Part shown: positions 1-9,380 of the stretch, piece after piece
Position numbering within the stretch: position 1 is the stretch's first letter
Layout of the letters: each line of letters begins with the position of its first letter
From: Macrostomum lignano
Lineage: Eukaryota
Length of the DNA stretch: 30,129 nt
Direction of reading: 5' to 3'
Assembly (NCBI GenBank): GCA_002269645.1
Contig: NIVC01004958.1
Location: 1 to 30,129, forward strand
Position numbers and translations under genes: made by a program
The notes under the pieces: model-generated
The model's database searches: none
What the model was told of the DNA's origin: nothing
What the model saw: the letters and a program-made list of their open reading frames with translations, nothing else

Positions 1-147
1 AATGTCGGCCGGCTGCGGCGGCCAGTGACGTTCATGCGGTTGACGGGGCAGCGGCTGCAACAAAAATTCAGCACTACAGTGCAGCTATTGCGGGCATAGT
101 GACCGGAAGTGAAGCACATGTAAAAAGACAGCCAAAATGAACGGACG

Positions 148-1783
148 CGAAAGGGAGGCCAAACAGAATGACTGGAAGTGAAAGAGAGGCCAGACAGAAT
201 CACAGGAAGTGAAAGGGAGGCCAGACAGAATGACCGGAAGTGAAAAGGAGACGATACAGAATGACCGGAAGTGAAAGGGAGGCCAGACAGAATGACCGGA
301 AGTGAAAAGGAGACCAGACAGAATGACCGGAAGTGAAAAGGAGACGATACAGAATGACCGGAAGTGAAAGGGAGGCCAGACAGAATGACAGAAGTGAAAG
401 GGAGGCCAGACAGAATGACCGGAAGTGAAAGGGAGACCAGACAGAATGACCGGAAGTGAAAAGGAGACGATACAGAATGACCGGAAGTGAAAGGAAGGCC
501 AGACGGAATGACTGGAAGTGAAAGGAGGCCAGACAGAATGACCGGAAGTGAAAGGGAGACCAGACAGAATGACCGGAAGTGAAAGGGAGGCCAGAAAGAA
601 TGACCAGAAGCGAAAGGGAAACAGAAATTATGACCAGAAGCGAAAGGGAGGCCAAACAGAATGACTGGAAGTGAAAGGGAGGCCAGACAAAATTACCGAA
701 GTGAAAGGGAGGCAGACAGACAGAATGACCAGAAGTGAAAGGGAGGCCAGACAGAATGACTGGAAGTGAAAGGGAGACCAGACAGAATTACCGGAAGTGA
801 AAGGGAGGCCAGACAGAATGACTGGAAGTGAAAGGGAGACCAGACAGAATTACCGGAAGTGAAAGGGAGGCCAGACAGAATGACTGGAAGTGAAAGGGAG
901 GCCAGACAGAATGACTGGAAGTGAAAGGGAGACCAGACAGAATTACCGGAAGTGAAAGGGAGGTCAGACAGAATGACTGGAAGTGAAAGGGAGGCCAGAC
1001 AGAATGACCGGAAGTGAAAAGGAGACGATACAGAATGACCGGAAGTGAAAGGGAGACCAGACAGAATGACCGGAAGTGAAAAGGAGACCAGACAGAATGA
1101 CCGGAAGTGAAAAGGAGACGATACAGAATGACCGGAAGTGAAAGGGAGGCCAGACAGAATGACAGAAGTGAAAGGGAGGCCAGACAGAATGACCGGAAGT
1201 GAAAGGGAGACCAGACAGAATGACCGGAAGTGAAAAGGAGACGATACAGAATGACCGGAAGTGAAAGGAAGGCCAGACGGAATGACTGGAAGTGAAAGGG
1301 AGGCCAGACAGAATGACCGGAAGTGAAAGGGAGACCAGACAGAATGACCGGAAGTGAAAGGGAGGCCAGAAAGAATGACCAGAAGCGAAAGGGAAACAGA
1401 AATTATGACCAGAAGCGAAAGGGAGGCCAAACAGAATGACTGGAAGTGAAAGGGAGGCCAGACAAAATTACCGAAGTGAAAGGAGGCCAGACAGAATGAC
1501 CAGAAGTGAAAGGGAGGCCAGACAGAATGACTGGAAGTGAAAGGGAGACCAGACAGAATTACCGGAAGTGAAAGGGAGGCCAGACAGAATGACTGGAAGT
1601 GAAAGGGAGACCAGACAGAATTACCGGAAGTGAAAGGGAGGCCAGACAGAATGACTGGAAGTGAAAGGGAGGCCAGACAGAATGACTGGAAGTGAAAGGG
1701 AGACCAGACAGAATTACCGGAAGTGAAAGGGAGGCCAGACAGAATGACTGGAAGTGAAAGGGAGACCAGACAGAATTACCGGA
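148..1783. repeat. 31-bp minisatellite (~53 units, consensus GAAGTGAAAGGGAGGCCAGACAGAATGACCG) with a ~775-bp higher-order duplication
   Basis: Units read directly. Rare variant units (GAAGCGAAAGGGAAACAG at 607 and 1382; AGACGG at ~504 and ~1278) recur about 775 bp apart. The array is cut mid-unit (CCGGA|) by LTR1. Confidence 0.97.
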
Positions 1784-2199
1784 TGATGTAACCACGCTCT
1801 GGTCGCGGGATAGGGCATGGGAACTTTTTCGAAAGTGCCTCCTATCCCGTGCACCCTCTGCACAGAGCTGTCGAGACTCGGCCAGGTCTCCGACCGGGCC
1901 TGGAGACTCCCGCTCTGCTGCACCCCTCCTGCTGCCTTGGTCCCGTCTCTCCTGCCGCCACACCTGCCTTTCCGGAGCCCCTACCCCTTTCTGTACCTCC
2001 CCCTCTACCCTATCTCTTCTGTTCCCGCCCTATTCTTCCTGTACTTTCTCTACCTCCTCCTTTTTTTGTCTCCCTCTGCACTCTTTTCCTGCGCTGTCCC
2101 CTCTTTCCCTGTGTCTACTTACAGTACTTTGTGTGCTCACCGTCTCCCCATCCCCTCTCAAACTCCCAAACGGTGACGCAAGTCGTGTGACCCCTTCTC

Positions 2200-2760
2200 C
2201 CCCTCGGTGACTCATCGATGACTCATCCCCCTCTCTTGCGCAACCTTTTCTCACGCTATTGTTCTCCTTCCCAAATTTCTCATGTGACACCCACCCCACC
2301 TCCGCTTCTATTGTTCTCGTTTTTGCTTCTTTTGTTCTCTCGACCCCCACCAATTATCACATTTTCTCCGATTTTCTCTTTCTTTTGTTCTCGTTTTCGC
2401 ACCTAATTATCACCTTTTCTCCAATGTTTACTTTTCCATTGTTCTCAGTTTTCCCCAATTATCCCCGATTTCCAATTCCTTTGTTCTCGACCCCAGCCCT
2501 ATTGTTCTCAATGTTTGCTTGCGCAACACTTTCGCGACCACCCGCTGCGCCAATTATCCCCCCACCCCACCTCCGGATTGCGCAATTTCCCGATTTCTCA
2601 TGTTGCTATGCCGGTCTCATGCTTCTCATCATGACTCATTCTGACGTCATTCTGCCGGCAGCCAATCAGAGAGAGGGAGCCATGGTAACGACCTTGAGGA
2701 GGCGGCTGTGAGGTCTATAAAAGGAAGCGATTTCGGCATGAGAATACTCAACTGAGTTTA
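2200..2760 (+). promoter_or_regulatory. LTR U3 enhancer/promoter (repeated in LTR2 and LTR3)
   Basis: TATAAAA 2716-2722 (11750-11756, 20807-20813), CCAAT 2662-2666, TGACGTCA 2642-2649, TGACTCA at 2208, 2219 and 2632, TTGCGCAA at 2236, 2519 and 2578. Function inferred from motif consensus only. Confidence 0.7.
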
Positions 2761-3050
2761 TCTCTGTTCCTCTCCTCGTCCTTCTTTGGACTTGCTGTCA
2801 GATTGAGTTCTGACCCATTCGTCTATAAGACGAATCCCTGCCGGTCCGCGGTCTGTTACCGCCAAGTTATCCTTAGCTCCCCAAGTGAGCTCGCCTATCG
2901 GCCAGCGGTCTGATACCGCCCAGCATCATCAGCATCGCCTGATCTACATCAGCGCCTCGTCGCTCCAGCGCATCGCCGCTTCACCGTCTGCCTGACTGCA
3001 GCCTACAGCCGCCCTCGGTCACTCCGCCTCTCTCTCTCTCTGTGCAGCTG

Positions 3051-3059
3051 CCGGTAAGT
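3051..3059 (+). promoter_or_regulatory. Candidate splice donor in the LTR (CCG|GTAAGT, GT at 3054)
   Basis: Consensus donor about 310 nt after the presumed TSS; candidate acceptors just upstream of gag (AG 6284-6285 or 6334-6335). Confidence 0.55.
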
Positions 3060-4003
3060 TCCTGCTACTAATTTGTGCTCTAATTGCCTTTGCTTATCCG
3101 GGGTTTGCCTATTTTCCATTGTCTGATTAGAGAGCTGAGCCAATTGTGATACCGTATCTTTTGCTGTATTTTACTCAATAGTGAAGCCGCCTAATTGCCT
3201 GCTTATTTGCCTAAGGGCCTAATTATTAACTATTAACTAACTTCATCATTATTCAATCTTTCACCATCATTTCACTCATGGCTTGCTAAGCCTTTCTCCC
3301 GGGGTGGCAAAGCATAAGGAAGTTTGGGTAAGCTAATGGCCTCTCCCCGTGCAAAGCCCGCCTGTGAGTGCGTGCTGCGGGGCCGCGTGTGCGTGCAGTA
3401 GAGGGATTAGCGAGTCTTGGCACAGAATGGCAGTAGGAAGGTTGCAACCCCATGCTAACGCGTCCCTTCGCCCTGAGCAATCTAAACTGTAGACAGTACA
3501 TGTTCGCCTCATACTACTCTTAGTAATCAAAGTCGCAAGTCAGCCTCGCTCACAGCCACAAAGGATCCCCTGCTGAGAAATCCTCCAGGATTGAGCCCAG
3601 AGTTCCCGATCATGCCCCAAGCAGAGTCCCTGTACTCGGCTGCATGCGTCTCCCCTGTTAGCCTAAATCCCCTGGTAACCAATCCAGGCGGGGCTCTAGC
3701 CTCGAGAGGTCTGGTAGAAAGATCCAGGTGCGCCAGGTCACATAGAGTGGTGGCAGCCACTCGGTCATACCATGACCGAGTGACCAACTATTGCACCTTG
3801 GCTACAGGTGGGGTCCATGTGGGTCCTTGGCCCTCTGGTCACGAAGCGCTACCAAAGCTACTAATCATGTGGGCGGGACAGTCTGGTGCTGGAGGTCCGT
3901 CAGGTCATTGCCCGGTCATAGGCAGCCTACGGTCATTGCCCCCTCTAGCCATGCGTTCGTCTCTCTACGGAGCGGACAGGCGACAAGGGCGGTTACATCA
4001 AAA

Positions 4004-4021
4004 TGGTGGCAGCGGTGGGAT
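4004..4021 (+). promoter_or_regulatory. Primer binding site, tRNA-Leu
   Basis: TGGTGGCAGCGGTGGGAT, 3 nt after the LTR, is the reverse complement of ATCCCACCGCTGCCACCA, the 3' 18 nt of metazoan tRNA-Leu(AAG/TAG) as recalled from human and Drosophila. Confidence 0.9.
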
Positions 4022-6350
4022 CTGGTGCAAACAGCGCTGAGTTTCGGACTGGTGGTTTAGATGTGACAAGCGCACCTGTGGCATCCCTCAGAATGGTGGC
4101 CGAAGCGCAAAGAGTGCCATGTCTAAATCTACCAATCGTAAAAATCGCCAATCGTCATTCTCTTCTCCCATGGCGTGAGGCAACAAAATCCAAAAATATT
4201 AATGTAACTTTTCAAATTTTTCGGGCTGCGAATTCGTTCAATTCATTCGAAATTTCCAAATTCATTCATTCGCCAAAAGCCCCTGATTCAATTTAAAATT
4301 AATTTAGCCGATCAGTTTCAGCGCTAGAAAGTGTGAAGTGGTAGACGAGCGGATTTGATTACAATCAGAATAGCTACCTGGTAACGGAGTGTGTGAAGAA
4401 CTGCGAAAGTGAATTTTCCGGACTCACTTTCTATTTCATGGTAATATGCTTTATTTCCCCTCCCTTTCTTTCTCTCGCCTAGCCTACAGCAGAACTGTGT
4501 GAGTGTTGAGGTGGACAGCCAGCCAGGTACGGAAGCCTCATCACGCAAGCACAGGGAAGCTGGAAGCGAAGCATTTCTTTCCTTTGTCCTACCTCTTTCT
4601 TTTACTCGGGGAGTGTAACAGTCGCTCTCCCTGATCGCTCAGTTAATCCTAGAAATGCGTAGAGACCGGAGCGTGTTTTGTTTGTCCATTAGAATGAACA
4701 GCTATCAAGGGCTATGGGGAACTCGCTATATATGCATAGTAAGGGAAGCAGTAGTCATGGCCTTGGAAACATTGGGGGATACCAAAGTCTCGCAGGAATG
4801 GGAATAGCGGTGTGATTGTATCTCTGTAGGGTATCAGTGTGACTCAAAAATCTCGGGCTAAAAAAAGTGTCACCTCCTATGGAATACCTGCGATCAGCCC
4901 GGACCTGAATTCTGCGGTAACCCCTGGTGCCTTCATGGCTGGGATTCGATCCCAACGTGTCTGCTGACTCTCCCCACTGTATTGCAGACCCGGTAGTAAC
5001 TGCTTTGGTTGCATTTGGGCTGGTGCAGTGGCTGGAAATAGTAGATCCCATAGTATCCTATTGATAGTGGAGTTCAGTGAGTATTGGAATGGTGTACTGG
5101 AAGTCTGGTGGCCCCCAGTGATCTCGTAATGTTTCCTGCTGCATTCTCCTCCTTTAGTAATTCCTCCCCCTGCTGTCAGTCTGATAGGGGAGGTGGGTGT
5201 GCCAATCAGCCCGACCCGGTAGAACGGCGCTCCTGCCCGACTTGTCAGCCTGGCCCAGGAAGGCGCTATTGCGCAACTCTTTTCCCCTCTGGCCACTGCA
5301 GCCCACTAAGCGCTTAGACGCAGGGTTGCATGCAGTCCCCTAATGTAAAGCCCCGGTACATAGAGTGCCACCCCAGTGCCCCGCAAGGTCAATAAGACGG
5401 GTTGACGTCTCTGGCAACTTGGAATAACCTAGATGGAGGTACCGCTGTCTCCTGGTAGAACCGGGCGTTCAAGTACAGTAAAGTGGAGAGGCTGACAACT
5501 GTAGGACTTTCTCCGCCATCAGATAAAGGTCCCAAGTATGCTATTTCGAGCTGCAGCAAAGGTGGAGTATCGGAGGGGCAAGCATTTCAGGAAGATACTC
5601 ACTTAGGTCTGTTTATCCTAGGAAAGCGGGCGAGAGTTTCAGGCTTGTAATCCGCCTAACCTGAAAACTTCGGGGACAGTTTAGTCTGGACTCCCGCTGC
5701 GCGCCTTCGCTCTGAACAGAAGGGGAGGTCTTGGTTTTTGTGGATTCTGCTAGACGTAGGGGAGCTGGATTCCCGCCTTTTGTGAAGCTGCGTGTACAAG
5801 ATTGGTAGTCCTGAGGTGGAAGCCCCACTGGACTCCGACGGTTTTCCGGCTGTGCAAGGGCAGTAAAGTGGGAGGACCTCCATGGGGATTGCTCCCGCCA
5901 CTTGGGTTTTTGGGTCCAGGCGCCAACGCTTCTTCGTAGTAGCTTTCTTAAGGAAATGGGGTCCGGCGCGCAACCCTAGGGGAGAATTTGTACAGGTGCC
6001 GTAAGTCCGTTTACGGTCGGCATTTGGGTTCCCTAGCATGGCCGCAAAATGAAGGTCAAGTCTCTCTGAATAGCCAATTTTTCCCTGTCAGGATGTGCCA
6101 TAGACAACTGGTAGTGGTAGCCGCAGTTTGAGTCAGTGTGCTTTGCCGAGTGAAGCCGTTAGGACTGCCTAAATGGAATTATGTGGAGCCACCCGTTTTT
6201 CAATTTGTTTTCTTCGACGCCGCAAGTGTGTGAGTTTTGTCTGTGTTTGTGTGTTTCGGATCAACTTTTCGGTCTTTACCTGTAGTTGCCCCGGTTTTCT
6301 TTTCTTTTCCTTCCCGGTGGTGGGTACTCCCCCAGCTATCCGGCATTCAC

Positions 6351-7796
6351 ATGTCACGGGCGCGTGGAGATAGGGTCGTAGAAGCTGTGTGCGCAGACGC
6401 CCCTGGTCAACCACCCTCGGCCGCTGACACCCCAGCAGTTGCCGCCCCCGCAGCCGCAATGGCCGCAGCCGCTGGTAACCAGGTCCCTCAGCCTCCAGAA
6501 GCAGTAGTAGTTGAGGAACCAGATGAAGGAGTAGCAGCTCCCGCTCCCAATCAGGGTGGCGCAGCAGCCGCCGCTGCTCCCCCGGACGCAGCCCAGAATC
6601 CTCCTCAGGCAGTCCCGCAGCTAGGAGACTTAGTTGCCGCTATAGCCAATGCGTTTAACCAGCTAAACATGGGCCAAGACGCCCAGAGGCCGAAAATCTA
6701 CGTAGAAAAGTTCTCTCCCGGCGAACACTGTTTTGTGCAATGGGTAGAGAGAATGATCTACAAGCTGGACGCGGAGAGAACTGTAGGAGATCAGGCTAGG
6801 AAGCAGGTGCTCATCTCGCACCTCCCAGGTGAATTTCAGAACTTAGCCTTAGGATTGGACGGGCAATTGCCCTTTGAGCAGTTCGTATCTAGATTAGGAG
6901 AGCAGTTGGGCGAGGCCAACACTGATCTGGCTAAGAGAAATAAGCTGAAGAATCTGAGCCAGAAACCCGGCCAATCACATAGTGCTTTTGCTGCTATGAT
7001 AAGATCTCAGATAACGGCCATGTTTCCTCAGATTCAGGGTGAGCAGAGAGAACAAGAAATCGTGTACACCTACTTGGAACACGCTAAGCTCCCCCGCCAG
7101 GTCAGACAAGATCTGTTGAGCCGTCGCTGGCAGACAATTGAGCAGGTGTTAGAACAGCAGCAAGCCCTGTTAGAAGCCGCAGACTTAGCCGGGAAATGGG
7201 ACAGTAGTGGCCCGCCCAGGTCTGAGTCCCGCACCGAAGTCCGTCTGCAACCTCAGCAGCCACCCAGGCCCCCTCGCAAGTGGGTCAGGATGGTGAACCA
7301 GGAAGCTGACGAGACGGAGGAGGACGGTGACGGCCTATCAGAGATGCAAGAGAGGTTGGGCGCGCTAGAGCAAACGCAAAAGGATCTGCGCAACCAGCTG
7401 GTGCAGCTCAATGAAACTATGAAGGCGACAGCAGAGTCTGTTGCCCAGCTGCCCCAGCAGATGAGGCCCCCTCGCCCCGCCACTCCCAACAGGAACTGGA
7501 GGCAGGGGCAGGGCGGCTCTAATAGCAGTAGGAACTGGCGCCAACCCCAGCCCCCGCCGCTTGCAATTCAGGAGGCGCCCACGCCGCCGGCGCCGGGTGT
7601 GCAGCAGCAGCAATTGCAGCTTCGTGCGCCACCTGATCGCCATAGGCAAGATTTAGAGGAGTGGGGCAGAGATATGTTAGACGAGGCTACCAGGGAGAGG
7701 CAGGAGAGGCTCGCCCAGCTGCGCGCGCAAGCTCTGATGCCTCCTCCTTCCACGCCTGAAGAGCCCCCGGGTTCGGGAAACCCGTGGGAGGGCTGA
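6351..7796 (+). CDS. gag: Ty3/gypsy-like Gag (capsid) protein, 481 aa
   Basis: Long ORF from ATG 6351: Ala/Pro-rich N-terminus, then a retrotransposon capsid-like segment (EKFSPGE..WVERM..RKQVLISHL..LSQKPGQSHSAFAAMIR..FP), a heptad-like segment and a Q/P-rich tail. No CCHC knuckle. Confidence 0.88.
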   Translation: MSRARGDRVVEAVCADAPGQPPSAADTPAVAAPAAAMAAAAGNQVPQPPEAVVVEEPDEGVAAPAPNQGGAAAAAAPPDAAQNPPQAVPQLGDLVAAIANAFNQLNMGQDAQRPKIYVEKFSPGEHCFVQWVERMIYKLDAERTVGDQARKQVLISHLPGEFQNLALGLDGQLPFEQFVSRLGEQLGEANTDLAKRNKLKNLSQKPGQSHSAFAAMIRSQITAMFPQIQGEQREQEIVYTYLEHAKLPRQVRQDLLSRRWQTIEQVLEQQQALLEAADLAGKWDSSGPPRSESRTEVRLQPQQPPRPPRKWVRMVNQEADETEEDGDGLSEMQERLGALEQTQKDLRNQLVQLNETMKATAESVAQLPQQMRPPRPATPNRNWRQGQGGSNSSRNWRQPQPPPLAIQEAPTPPAPGVQQQQLQLRAPPDRHRQDLEEWGRDMLDEATRERQERLAQLRAQALMPPPSTPEEPPGSGNPWEG

Positions 7797-7837
7797 ATGG
7801 CCCGGCCCGAACTCAGCCCCGTTCCCTCTCTAGGGCC
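7775..7837 (+). promoter_or_regulatory. -1 ribosomal frameshift signal: G GGA AAC plus downstream stem/pseudoknot candidate
   Basis: Heptamer 7775-7781 is X XXY YYZ in the gag frame, and the -1 frame is the protease ORF. After an 8-nt spacer, GGGCTGA 7790-7796 pairs with TCAGCCC 7813-7819. Same in copy 2 (16828-16834). Confidence 0.8.
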
Positions 7838-8299
7838 CAGCTTAACCTGCCACGTCCGCCCAGCAAGAAGTTTAGATTTGAGAAGGTACCCGATTTCTAT
7901 CAGCCAAGACCAGCTAGAGGACAACGCGGGAGAGATATTGTTGTAGAGTTGCCAATTGAGAATGTTCCCACCCGCCTCCTGGTAGATGGGGGCAGTGCGC
8001 TGTCTTTGCTAACAGTCAAAGACTTTACTAAAATTACCGGACAGAGTGTGGAGGCCCTGGAGCCCCCATGTGTGAAGGCCGTGTCCTACACGGGCAATGA
8101 ATTAGAGATGCTAGGCCAGGCCACCCTCACAGCAGTTATTGGGCTAGAAGAGGTGAGAATCCTCTTTCTGGTCGTTGGCAATTCAGCAGCAGTTTCCCTC
8201 CTGGGTAGTGCTTTTCTAGCCAGTACGCATGCTATCATAGACTATCGAACAGAAAAGGTTTACTTGCTAGGTGTGAGTCTCCCATTCGACCCCCGCTGA
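7775..8299 (+). CDS. Retroviral-type aspartic protease domain in the -1 frame (C-terminal part of a ~649-aa Gag-Pro fusion)
   Basis: IVVELPIENVPTRLLVDGGSALSLL ... AVSYTGNELEMLG ... LLGSAFL ... AIIDY matches the pepsin-like retrotransposon protease layout. Ends at a clean TGA with no RT downstream. Confidence 0.85.
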   Translation, partial: GKPVGGLNGPARTQPRSLSRAQLNLPRPPSKKFRFEKVPDFYQPRPARGQRGRDIVVELPIENVPTRLLVDGGSALSLLTVKDFTKITGQSVEALEPPCVKAVSYTGNELEMLGQATLTAVIGLEEVRILFLVVGNSAAVSLLGSAFLASTHAIIDYRTEKVYLLGVSLPFDPR

Positions 8300-8886
8300 G
8301 TAACAGATCGGTAGCTAGCCAGTGATTGCTTAATTCCCCCCCCCCGATTCGCGTGTCGAAATTTTGCTCGTGTTGCCCCGTTGGAGACCGCTTTTCGCGT
8401 ATTTACGTATGCCCTCTATTACTCGAATTTATGTTGTGACCTCGTGCTCGTTGGTGTTGTTTAAATATCTAAGATTTTAGCTCGAAAATTAGGCCCGTAC
8501 AGTATGCGTTAATTCCCTATCAGTAAATATTAACTTGGAAACTAGTAAAATTTCTATGGGTCTGCTCCACAGGAGGTCCTGCCCCGCTGTTTAAGATTTT
8601 CTGGGAACAATGGAAGTCTGGGACCGTAGGAAATTAGCACCTTTAGGTCTGATTTCGTGTGTTTGTTCACACTTTGTGAAAGTCCGATTTTGGGAAACTT
8701 TTAATTGGTTTCGATGAGGCAATAGGGGGGGCATTCAATGTAATTAAGTTTATCAGGCAAATGGGGCAGCAATTAGTTTAGAGTAGGCCAGTGGTTTAGT
8801 CAATGTAAAGTCAGGTAAGTAATTAAAGTCAAGTTATGGGGACAGATAGTTCAGAATTAGTAAGTAAGCATTAAGAACCACCAGCA

Positions 8887-9147
8887 TCAGCAGTTGGGAA
8901 GCCGCAGAAATAGCTCCAAGAGCAGTAGCCAGTGCATTGTGAGACCGGCTATTAGGGCCGTCGACAGCACGACCAAATGCCAGGAGCCGTCGGTCTCCAC
9001 CACAGGGGTTGGCAAGGGCTGTGGAGCGGCAGCCACGGGCGTCACCGCGGCGACCGGCGGCGGAGCGTGCGCTCGGGCTGACAACGGCGGTGGTACCGGA
9101 TGCCAACCGGCCCCGGACGCTGGTTCGCTGGCGGCCGGCGGTCGCAT
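8887..9147 (-). CDS. Candidate antisense microprotein (86 aa from ATG 9147), Pro/Ala-rich with a C-terminal hydrophobic segment; the exon begins at acceptor 9292
   Basis: GC-rich island between AT-rich flanks; acceptor CATTTTCAG| at 9293; context GGGCCATG; segment WHLVVLSTALIAGLTMHWLLLLELFL. Copy 2 differs by 1 nt near the ATG, so the start is uncertain. Confidence 0.45.
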   Translation of the reverse strand: MRPPAASEPASGAGWHPVPPPLSARAHAPPPVAAVTPVAAAPQPLPTPVVETDGSWHLVVLSTALIAGLTMHWLLLLELFLRLPNC

Positions 9148-9380
9148 GGCCCGGGAGCCGCGGCGCCTATGTCACCAGATGGCGCAGCCGGCCCAGAATC
9201 AGAGGGGGCGTCCGGCTCTGAATGGCTGTCTTCGGGCGCTTCGTAGTCGGACTCCTCTTCAAGGATGGGCTCGGCTACTAGCGGCCGGAATCCTGAAAAT
9301 GAGAATTTAAGGGATGAATAGAAGTAGGAACTAGCCGGGTATTAGGATGTAGATAGATGGGGATTTTAACTTTATGGCGT

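Larger units (their letters stand above)
1784..4000 (+). repeat. LTR1 (2217 bp)
   Basis: Starts TGATGTAACC, ends GGTTACATCA (perfect 10-bp terminal inverted repeat); followed by AAA and the PBS. Confidence 0.96.

Noticed and set aside
200-1963. Minus-strand ORFs of 151, 245 and 134 aa (SLSLPVILSGLPFTSGHSV repeats)
   Set aside because: They are translations of the 31-bp minisatellite, whose minus strand is stop-poor; no evidence of coding.
2720-4000. LTR polyadenylation signal and R/U5 boundary
   Set aside because: No AATAAA found by eye after the TATA box, so the boundary cannot be placed.
1817-4296. Short ORFs in the LTR (e.g. 2259-2711, 3591-4040) and their copies
   Set aside because: No recognisable domain; low-complexity or GC-driven frames, some broken by indels between LTRs. 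They recur only because the LTR is repeated.
4890-4990. tRNA gene on the minus strand around GGGATCGAATCCC
   Set aside because: Only a T-arm-like hairpin; no A box, D-arm, anticodon arm or acceptor stem pairing.
8894-9310. Plus-strand 138-aa ORF
   Set aside because: It is the mirror frame of the GC-rich antisense exon, differs between copies, and lies inside the candidate sense intron.
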